DNA of 64,000 nucleotides from Lytechinus pictus (taxonomy: Eukaryota), in the NCBI RefSeq assembly GCF_037042905.1, contig NC_087251.1, positions 2,792,001-2,856,000 on the forward strand. Reading direction: 5' to 3'. The position numbers and the translations under genes are program-made. Numbering within the stretch: position 1 is the stretch's first letter; each line of letters opens with the position of its first letter. Below are positions 50,701 through 62,700 of this stretch, piece after piece. Under the pieces are notes generated by a model. It was not told where the DNA came from. It saw only the letters and a program-made list of their open reading frames with translations, and made no database searches.

Positions 50701-53700
50701 CTGAGCTTGTCGGACACGGGTGGGTAGCAGTTCATTCGGAGAGGGCCCCCCCCCCCCCCCCCCCCGGGCCTCCCTGCCCATGGACTCTTGCTTGTGCATA
50801 AAGAAAGATAATTGTCCTTGTCAAATCATGTCCAAAAAATATGAGGAATTTGATACATGTAAGTTTGCTTTAATAGATAAATAATAAATGGTATTCATGT
50901 AAATGCATTATGATATCACAAACTCTTGTTCCCTTTCTTTTCATACTTAAGAGGCAGTTTAGTACCCGTTTATGCAATTTACATAATGCATTTAAGTGGT
51001 AAAAAAGAGAAAGCTTAAAAAAAAAATCTTTTATGGTTATTTGATAATGAAAAAGAGTAACACTAACATTAATTAAATGAATTAGATGTTTTCACTTCAT
51101 TAATATTAAACAGGTTCAATTTTATATCATAACTTGAACATGGGATGCTGAGTGATATGCATTGGCACTCGCAAAACAATTAGATAAAATGTAAATGAAA
51201 TACAGCTGCTTGCAGTGCACATATAGATATGTATCTTTGGCATAATGCACTTGACATTATGATTACACATAGGACACTCCCTGCAGTAATCACATTTAAA
51301 ATAGCAACATAATGTTATATCAGCTGTACTAGCATTCTACTCTCACTAGTACGGTATAGTGTGTAGCAAGCAGTGGTAACAATGAAGACACAAATTTGGC
51401 AGTCTTCATTTGCTGAAACACTGCCTTGGAAAATTACATAAAAGCATTAATTTTTTTGTTTGAGATATGATGATCCCGGGGTTTGGAGATATTATAAAAT
51501 GAAATTCTGAGTATTATCGGGGGGGGGGGGGGGGGGGGGAATTGAGGGGTATAATTTACATGTATAAATATAGGATTAAATATAAGATCATATTTGGTCT
51601 TGAAAGTTGCGCGAGACTTGAGGGAATAAAGTCATGAAACGTCGCAGCGCGATCTTTTGGCATTACAGAGTTATCATGACAATGCAATGTGGAGGGGGGG
51701 GGGGGCTGGATAGGGTTAAACCTCATCACCTACGTTGCTTTAGATATGTTTGGAGTACTTTGGTTGCAGCCTGCCTCCCGAGAAAAAAATTAATGAAAAC
51801 ACCCCATCATATTTTCATGTTATGCTTGATATTTATTCATCTGCCAAAGGTTAGAAATGTGAATTATGTCTATTAATGCTCATTTCTGGTAACAAGCCTT
51901 TATTTAAAAGAATAATAAAGTACCGGTAATTGTATTGTAATGATATTATCAATTATAATGATAATGATGGCAAATTATGATAATTTAATGATAATAGTGA
52001 TGAAAATAATAATAATGATAATAATTATAATAATTAAAGTACCGGTACTTGTATCGTAATGATATTATCAATTATAATGATAATGATGGTAAATGATGAT
52101 AATAATAATAATGATAATAAGAATAATGATGATAATGATTATGTTGATGATATTAATAATAATAATGATTATAATAATAATTATATTAATGTAATAGTAA
52201 TAATGATAACAATAATAATAATATTAAAATAATTTTTATTAGGCCTACCATTTCCCATTCTAAATGCTCAGCAAGATAGTAGTTCCATTTTTTATACACG
52301 AGTCTATATACTAGTATAGGGATAATTAAAGGTGTGCACCCAAAAAGCAACCAATTCAAAATAAAGTTTTTTATTAAGTGATCGGACCATGGACCTATGC
52401 AGACTATGGTCCGTGAACAGACAAAAGTAAATATATTCTCCCCCTCATGATACAAATGGAGTAGTCCTTGTCACAAAGGAATGTAAAGAATGCAGGTCTA
52501 GAAGGAAGGTCAAATGAGTAAGGAGCTGAGATTTTCACAATGTAGTCTTTGTATTAGCCTTTTTTTATGAAATTATGTATAAATCAGCATGGATCAGATA
52601 TTTTAGCGTATCATGCAGCTCATACAAGCTGATTAGTTTGTGTTATATTTTACCACACCTGTATACTGAATCTTGATCATGGTCTACTGCTCAGCGACGT
52701 ACAGTTAGTGAAGTGTATGATTGTCACTAAAGTGTGAATTGTAGACTGTGATTGTGACTGCTCTGATCTCTGAATTACAAGTAATGTATGGGTATGGTGT
52801 AAATAGACACTGAGTAGCAGGGAGTGAAATCATGCATACGCTGCCACCTCCACTAAATTTTGTAGCGGAACAACTGGTGTGTTATTGTGTGCATGTTCAG
52901 TCATAATAGGACGCTGCACTGGAGCTATCATTTATTTTTATTTACTACATGCTACTTCTGTAGACAATACATGCATACTACTCTCTTTTTTGGATATATT
53001 TGAATGATCTTTGTTGTAATTGAGTAAAGTAGCACATATAAAGTCCGGCAGTATTGCAGTTCTTGTTATGGATTTATGGTCATGCACAAAGAGCTACTGG
53101 TGGTTGTGATACGTGCTTGTGTGTACTATGTCTAGTGTCAGAAAGGTTAGTATGCATGATGTATTGCTGTAAGTCTGCCCAGCTTGCCTGTGCATTTATC
53201 TTCACAATTCTATTCCATCAGGACATCATGGACATGTATGCAAACGAAGCAAAGGCTCAAACATGTCAAAGTCTTATAAAAATTTTGAGGTTTGACAACA
53301 ATTGTGCAGACAAGGGGCACCATTACGTAAAAGGGTACCCCTAGCCCATTTAATACCAGAATTAGATGTTCTCCCAAACATTTCAATTTTCTACAATTTC
53401 ATGTAAATGCTACCTTTTATCTCAATTCCCCAATTCCCAATTCCTAAAAAAAAACCTGGAAAAGGTCAAGTCCACCTCAGAAAATTGTTGATTTGAATTA
53501 ATATTTAGAGAAAAATTAGAGAAGCATAATGCTGAAAATTTCATCAAAATCGGATGTAAAATAAGGAAGTTGTGACATTTTAAAGTTTCGCTTATTTTTC
53601 AAAATAGTTGTATGCACAATTTAGTCACATGCAAATGAGAGAATCGATGACGTCCCTCACTATTTATTTTGTTTTTTATTGTTTGAATTATTCAATATTT

Positions 53701-56700
53701 CAATTTTTACAGATTTGACAATATAATAAGGAGCAACTTGACTGAACCATAAAATGTTAAACAATGGTAAATCCACATGTTCAGGGCGAAATAAAACTTT
53801 GTTTCACAGGACAATGAGGAGAAAATTAGAATATTTCATATTTCATATAATATAATACAAAAGAAATAGTGAGTGATGTCATCAGTTCTCTCATTTGCAT
53901 ACAGACTGAGATGTGCATATAACTATTTTGTGAAATTAAGCGAAACTTTAAAATGTCATAACTTTCTTATTTTACATCCGATTTTGATGAAATTTTCAGT
54001 GTTGTGCTCGTTGGATTTTTCTCTTTTTATCCAAATCAACTTTTTGTTGGAGTGGACTTGTCCTTTAAACATTAATTTAATGTAAAGTACAAGGATGTTT
54101 TATTTTCATTTATTCAGAATGAGTTTTCATGTAAAATCAAAAATTCATCTTCTAAATCACTATTGGAGCATACACATTCATTACCTATTAGTATTAGTGA
54201 TTGTAATGGTGAAGCACTGGGGGAAAAGTTACCTTTGCTTTTAAGAAAAGAAAAGTTTATTTCTTCATCTTTAACATTTGAAAAAAAAAACACACAATTA
54301 ACCAATTTTTGAAGCCTCCTGTGTCAAATTCTCCAGTCCTATAAGTATTTTCTTGAGAGATAAATGTTGTGGCTAGGGTTGTTCCTCAGGGCCAGGTTGC
54401 CCTACAGTGTATCTCTGTTTTATACAGGTCGTATAATTTTAGCATGGAGTAGTATAAGACACTGTTCTCGTTCTCACTGCCGTTCTAAAAGTAGTTTACT
54501 GGAAACTAGTTTTACGTGTAATGAGAACGGTCAAAGCGATCTTCCAAAGCGGTTCAGAAAACCACCTCGCGAATAGTTTTGAAGATCGCTTTGCCTCGTT
54601 AAACTGGTTTTAGTGTAAGTGAGGACACAACCGTTCTTCCACTCACTGTATGTGGAATGCCTACACTGTGGTTTCAAATTTCTTGTGAAACATGATACCC
54701 CTCTGAGAGTGTTCCCATCCCATAGCAACAAGACCGCTTTAGTGGTTTTGAAAACCACTTTCTTGTGATCAAATGGGTACACTAGCAAAGCGAAAAAAAG
54801 GAATTCTTAATCTGGAAATCAAGAAAATAATTATAGTATATATTCTTTTATCAATACAATTATTAAACAAATTATTTCATGATATATCCTGACATCAACC
54901 TGATGTTAATCATGACATTTGATCTGATTTTTTCTCTATACATAAAGGTATCGATGATCTAGAGAAAAAGCGATTACAGCAAGCTTATGTGATTGCAGTT
55001 GAGCAACAGACAAGGGATAAGATTGCCCAGATTGCTGCTGATAATAATGTGGAGCCTGTAGATCTTACAACTCTCAACAACTCAAATCATCCAGTAGACT
55101 TCAACAATACTCATGTAGAACTCCATACTCATAGCAATGGATACGATGAACCCGAGAACAGTGAATCTTATGTGGAACCTCCACTAACAGCAACCTCTGC
55201 CAAGGCATCCAACGATGGCAACAGCCATGACCAGTTGAATCAACTGTTTGGTGAAGACTTTCAGGCAGTGAACAAACCGGAAGGGCATGACAACCTAGCC
55301 TTCAGTTTAGAATTCCAATCAGATATTAGTGTCCCTGAGACAGAATCTCCACATCATGAAACATCTCCTCCTGTCCAGGAACCTTTAGTCCAACCAAAAG
55401 TGCTCAACGGCGAGGAAGCGCCCCCTTTGGACCTTGCTACACTTGATGTCCAATCTAATGTACAAAGTGCCTCATTGCCAACTAACAGAACTTGGCAAAA
55501 GAACACAATGCCAGAACCAAGTGCGGCTGTCCATGTCGGATCACGCCCCCAACGTGAGATGGGGGTGGACTGTCCAGCAGATTTTGTGGCAGCAAGTGGC
55601 ATGAAAGATCCACCTGTTCAATCAACAGCCAGTGTAAAAGTTAATGGACATACTTTGACCAATGGCACAGACTTGATCCCAAACTCCAAACAGAACAATA
55701 ACCTGAGTTATAAGCAAACAGGAACAAGCAAATATGGTGTTACAATACAACAGGTAAGAGCATATTTTGATAATAAAATTTCTGCCTTGCATGTACACAG
55801 TGTAGAACAATTTATATGAAAATTTATGGGGCTACTTCTTTTAAGCTCACCAGCCAAAATTTACTACATTGTATTTCAGTTGACATTCGATCCCAGGTGA
55901 ATACCAGGGGCTTTTAAAAGCTTTTCTCTGGCTCTTGGAGGCATTTTGGGGAAAATTAGCCATGATTGAGCCTCTGCTTAAGTTTTACCCTGGTGTGTCC
56001 ACTTTCTTTGCTCTGTATTAAATTTGCACTGGCAGTGAATTGACTACAGTCTAATTCATGACCTACATTCCACTTCTAAAGGGGAAACATCATTGTATCA
56101 TTAAATGAAATGCAAATGATTGACCGTGTATAAATGTTCATAAGTAGTGTCTTCATTTTGGCCATTCATGGTATAAGTGACACACACTGATCAGTCCTTC
56201 ACGTTTATAATTTTGTGGAGCTCAATAAATCGCTCTCCTTGAGGAGCTCAAATCAATTCAATACATGTCTGCATGTATGATAAATTGTAGACTTTTCTTA
56301 CCATCGTATATACAATAGCTGTGTAGCTATTAATGGTGAAAGTAGGCCTGGGTCAATACGTTTACAAAATATCGCGCTCCAGCTCAAATTTTTTTTTTCT
56401 TCACATTTTACATCTTTAAATCCATGAAATGGCCATCTATTTTCCATAATTTCTTGAAATTATTTTGATTTAGTTGAAAACTATCACAAAAATGAAGAAT
56501 ATTCACCTCTTTCCCGACTCTGATTTGAATTTAAACTCGGTAAATATTGTAGTCCCATATCTAGATTTTCATGGCAACACCATGGAAGTCTACATGTGGG
56601 ACTACAATATTTCAGTTCAAATCAGAGTCAGGAAAGAGGTGAATATTCTTCATTTTTGTGATAGTTTTCAACTAAATCAAAATAATTTCAAGGAATTATG

Positions 56701-59700
56701 GAAAACAGATGGCCATTTCATGGATTTAAAGATGTAAAATGTGAAATTTTAGCAATTTTTATTTTATTTTTAGGAGCGCGGTAGAAGCGCCGGCGCGATC
56801 GCGCTCCTCAAAAATGAAGGTCTGATTAAAGGTCATATAGAAGTCAAAACAACTATTGGAAAGCTGTAAAGATTCAGAATTCAAAATTTTTAAATTTTGC
56901 TTCAGTATACTCAAATTTATAATTCCTGATAACGGGCTTTTCTTGGCCTTACAATTACCTGAATTATAAGACATCATTCTATGTGGATGGAATTGAGTTT
57001 GAATGTGTTCTTTTGTAGACAAGACTTTATTTTATTGTTTTCCAAATTACAAATTCAAAATTTCAAAAACAGTTTGCACAACTGATGATGATTGCTTATG
57101 ATCTAATAACCCCCAAATATAAGGGTTCAACTTCAATCTTGGGTCTATGTATGCAGATAGAATGTATGATGATCTAAAAGGTTCATGAAGTCAAAGGCAG
57201 AAGGTCACAGTGGTCATATGAAAAATGAAATTATTTCTTATTGGCGTTAAATGAAGATTTGTGTGAAGGAACAAAGTTCATTTATGCATCTATGAGTGTG
57301 ATTGATCTGGATAGATTTGGAATCACAAGGTTAAAGGTCACAGAGGTCATTTGATACCTGAAATTATTTCTTATTGGTGATATCTGATGATTTATGTGAA
57401 GGAACAATGTTCATTTATGCATCTATGAGTGTGATTGATCTGGATAGATTTGGAATCACAAAGTTAAAGGTCACAGAGGTCATTTGATACCTGAAATTAT
57501 TTCTTATTGGTGATATCTGATGATTTATGTGAAGGAACAATGTTCATTTATGCATCTATGAGTGTGATTGATCTGGATAGATTTGGAATCACAAAGTTAA
57601 AGGTCACAGAGGTCATTTGAAAATTTAAGATGTTATTTGTGTAATATATTCTTGATCTCAAAATTGTGGAGGCATACATTTTTTCTGTTTGTGGTAGAAA
57701 ATCCACAGCACACAAGGAATCACCCTTTTGAAATGATTTTCTTTATTTTATCTTGCTTTTGATTTGCAGAACTCCAGTCAGAATAACAGCCAGGGCAGCA
57801 TTTCATTTGAGCCAGTCAGTGATAGTCCACTTTTTGAAGATGCAGGCACTTCCAGACAGTACTCTACACCAGGACAGCCTCCTACAAAAAAAATATTGAG
57901 TGAGTATGCAGGATCAGGTTTAGGGTTTCTATAGGTCAGGAGCAATGATTGAAATGCCAGTTCACTTCTACTTTTCAATTCACATGCAATGATCCGTCAC
58001 TCAATAAAAAATACTCGCAATTATGCTGATTTGTGAATGTCTGTGATATTTTATCATCCAAATGACCATTTTGATAATTGGTCAATTATCAATTGTCCTT
58101 ACCATGTATTTGTTTTCATTTGCTTTGTATTTGATGTATTGTTTAAATGAACTGAACTCAATTAAAATAATTTCTTGGGTGTTATCCTGATGAGTGTTAC
58201 TTTTTTTGTTCAGTGAAAGCATTTCCTGAAAGATGTTTAGCTTTCCTAATGACCTCTTTACAAGAGTCAGCAGGGTCACAAGAGCTCATTATAACCTACA
58301 CAAAAGAAAACAAGGCTAAGCAGTTGTTGCATCAAAAGGCAAAATATTCTTGACCAACTTGTCTAATTCTTATACCTTTCAATGCAATACCTGCCCTGGT
58401 GTAGTCTTATGAATCATTACATTACTCTTTTTTATTTTTTATTCTAGACCTCCAAGATCTCTTTGCTACTCTAGCCATTGCACAGAGTAAGCTTGGTAGT
58501 CCTCAGGATAGGGAGGATTTAAACTTTATTCAACAGTTCTTCCACAACTCAGATGTACAGCATGCAGTTGGTATCCAACATACAGTAGGAGAATTACAAT
58601 TATCAAAGTCACCCCCTCTGCCAGTTGCAGCCAACAGTGAAACACTAGCGGTAGAGGTAGTTACAGCATGTATTAACATTTTATCAAATCTTAAGTTTTA
58701 TTTTGTCTCATCTATTAGTGTGTTATGCTTGGATATAATGGTTAACTGTAACAGGTACCACAAATTAGATGAGCACTTGACACTGCTTCTGTATTGAATT
58801 GCATAATGCAGACAAGACTGCTAGAGGCTTTCCACTTGTGAAAGTTTTAATTCCCTGTCAAATGTAATGAAAGATCATAAATTTATAATGAAATATATCA
58901 TATAACAATAGATACATGTATCTCCCGGTTTTCCCTGAGTTCCTGACTTCTCAAGTCATACATAGTCTCAGATTTTCATCCCTAAACCGCGAGCCCTGAC
59001 TCCCCTATAAACCTGTGCAAATATTGATTTCTTCTGATGATTTATCTTTTACTTTGATGGTTTATCTATTTTGAATAAATATTTTAGATATGTTTTTTAA
59101 ATCTAATCAGTTTTCTTTTTGGTGTATCTATAAATAGATTGCATACAGTGCAAGGGGTTCTAAAGGAGAAGCTGATGAGCTCAGGAGATTGCTTTCCAAT
59201 CCTCTTCTAAGGGTAATATCACTCACTCCCTCTTATTTCTTTATTATACATGGACCCAATAAAAAATAATATGTAAATTTATAGCCAAATTTGAATACTT
59301 CCAGTTAAAATGATTTCAAGAGAAAGTCTAGATTAATTGCTTTCATATCACAGAGAAAGATGACATATTATAGGTTAAGTAGGCTAAACATTGTGAAATG
59401 ATCAAGTATGCTAACAAATCTACCAATGAAAATAAGAGCAAGTGTACACATGCATGATTCGTTGCTTGGGAAGACTCATCTACTTACTGAATGCCTTGCT
59501 TACTTTGCCCGTTACAGAGCAATTACTAATATCTCCAGGAATCATTTGTCATTTTAGGTGATGTGCTAATTCATATTTATTTTTATTATGGTTTATGATT
59601 TGGTAAATATTTACCACTATTCATCATAAATTGATGGTTACTTTGGTTTAGTTTAATTTATTTGGGAAATATGCTACCTTTTATTCCTACAAAGTATAAT

Positions 59701-62700
59701 TTGATTGTTCCCTGTGTGAAATATCAAGTATATAATTACCTTACGCTTGTGGTGTCATTGGATGAAACAAACTATCACTTTTCTCTGTGAAGTGATCCAT
59801 TTGTCCTATCCCTTTCACTGACTGCATATATTTATAAGGGTCTGAAATGAATGGTTTTCATATTTATATATTTTGTTTGTAGGGTCTTTTGCGAGCACAT
59901 GACAATGTAGCCAACCCTGACCCTGGTGAATTACCTAATGATGTATATCATGATATTGAGCTACCTGATGATGCTGAAGATTCAGTTAAGATAGTCAGGA
60001 TTGAGAAGACAGGTGAACCATTGGTAAGTACAGACATCAACTAATTATAAGATGACTTTGTATTGCTTCTTGTTACTGTGTTTAATTATTTTTCTCCTCC
60101 TGTAGCTTGATTGAAAGCTAGGGATATAGTATGAGGTGGTAGATTGAATCTTGATATGACACTCTTTGCTTTACAACTTCTGAATAATCTGTTGGAGCTT
60201 TTTTATTATTTTTATGTGATAATTAATAGAACAAGTTCTTGTGCACATATCCTTTGAAAAAATCAATGTAAATTGACTGATATTGATAGACTGTAGTGAA
60301 GAGATAAGTGGTTAAGGGCATGTCTCATAGTAGTTCTGTGCTGGTTCATAATTGCTGCATTACTTTCATCATTACCACACCGACCATTGTCACTCTTACT
60401 GTCACCACCACCATTATTACCTTCATTTTTGTTACCCTCATCTTCATCATCACCATCACAGCTACCATTATCATCAACATCATCACCATCAATATTACTA
60501 TCATCACCATGATCACCACCACCATCTGTATCATCATCATCGTTATCGCCATCATCACCATTATCCCTTGCCATTATTTAATTACTACACTGTACACATG
60601 AAATGAGTGTCAAATAAGGATAGTGATACACATTCATTTTCTTAGTTGGGAGGAGAGAAAAAGTGAATAAATATGTTGTGTCTTCTTGTAATTTGTTTAT
60701 ATTTAGGGTGCAACAATCCTGAATGAGAATGAATGTATCATTATTGGTCGTATCATCAAAGGTGGAATGGCAGAGAAGAGTGGTCTACTACATGAAGGAG
60801 ATGAGATCTTACAGATCAATAATGATATCGTCACTGGCAAATCAGTTAATGAACTATCAGACCTCATGGTATGTCATTCATAATTATATGATAATAATAT
60901 TCATAATAAATGAGATATCTATTCCATCATTGCTATTCTGATCAAATGCTTAAATTGCTTCATGACATGATAAAGATGTTTTTTTTCAATTGGCCAAATC
61001 AATAGTTGTGCACAGGGTAAGCCTGGCTACCACAAGTTTGTTCATGTACAAAAAGAATATTAATACTATTTCTATCGACCGTTGACTTGAAGAGTAAGAG
61101 GTGAATGGTTATCATTTGTTTTTAACAGGCGAATCAAACTGGTACCATGACATTCCTTATAGTGCCATCACAAGCCGATGTGGCCCATCCACCAACTGCT
61201 AATACTGTACTGGTAAGAAATATCATCATTCATTAATATGCATGGCTGCCATCTTACAAGCTTACAACATATATCTAATGTTTCCCAACTCTGAATTCTA
61301 GATTTTCATTTCATCATACTCTACACTGTCAAAAAAAAAAGACTTTCATAATTATGTACTTTTCAAAGTGTAGAGGTGATTTTGTTTTTTAATAGATAAT
61401 GTCTTTCAAGAAGTCTTTATAAAACGACTTGTGTTGTTTGCCAGAATTAGTTATGAAGTTCTCTTCATATATTGCCTGTCTTTTAATTCTAAGGATCTGC
61501 CACTACTTCAATCAATTGAGTATTTGGTATAATTATAATGGTTTCTTTATCATGGTTTAATTGGTTAATTATCTTTAGCTGTATTATGTGCCGTTTATCT
61601 GTAGATGCATATGATATAATTTGTTTATCTTGAGATGCATATGACACAATTTGTTGTTTATCTTTAGATGCATATGATGCAATTTGTTGTTTATCTTTAG
61701 ATGCATATGACACAATTTGTTGTTTATCTTTAGATGCATATGACACAATTTGTTGTTTATTTGTAGATGCATATGAGAGCCAACTTTGACTATGATCCTG
61801 AGGATGATATGTACATTCCATGTCGTGAGCTTGGTTTATCATTCATCAAAGGTGATATCTTACACATTATTAATGCTGATGATTCTAACTGGTGGCAAGC
61901 ATTTAGAGAAGGTGATGAAGACCAATCATTGGCTGGCCTTGTACCAAGCAAAGCTTTCCAAAACCAGTGAGTTTATCAACAATGTACCTTATTACTATGA
62001 TTGATTAGATTTGGTTTGTTTTTTACTGAGGTTAGGGGGGGCAAAGATTTTTACTCCACCACTGATTGATTAGCTAGCTGTATATTTTACCTGATCTGCT
62101 ACTTGCATTCTAATTGCACATTTGATATTTTTAAATGAAATCAATCATTTGAAAAAGGGTACAAAATCCTGTTTTAATGCCTCTACCCACTATGGGTAGT
62201 TGTCTACAGGAGGCATTGTGTTTTATGTTTGTCCCATTGCCATTCTTGCAGTAAGTGAATGTTTGACGGATCAAGTACAAGCTTGACCCAACTATGCATA
62301 GAGGAGTGACAAGGATTGGTATAGATTCTTGAGTATCAACTGCAAAAGTTAAAGGTCATTATATACTTTTCAATCATTTTGTTCTTTTGGTAACTAAAGA
62401 TTAATTTGAGGGATCAACATTAAATATGCAAAATGTATTAAAGGACAATTTTTCATTATCCTAACTAAGTTAATTATTTGTTTCACAGACGAGAAGCAAT
62501 GAAGGAACCATCAAATGATGATGAAGATCAAAAACCACAAAAAGCATCTCTCCTTTGTAGCTGTAGAGGGAAAAATAACAAGAAAAAGAAGAAGAAGAAA
62601 AATATGTACAACAACGACCGAAATGGTAAGTTTCAAAACATTACATGTACTATTTTCTTACCTAATAAATAATCTCTTCAGTGTGTTTGCAATTTGTAAA

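Noticed and set aside
55754..55819. C-terminal extension of ORF 54989-55819
   Set aside because: Reads through the strong donor CAG|GTAAGA into intron.
60263..60606. Asp/Gly-, Ile/Thr- and His-rich ORFs
   Set aside because: Microsatellite inside an intron whose flanking exons already join in phase.
61585..61776. CRISPR-like regular repeats and - strand ORFs 61489-61842 and 61584-61772
   Set aside because: Units are head-to-tail with no unique spacers, there are no cas genes and the context is eukaryotic; the ORFs just reflect the 33-nt period.
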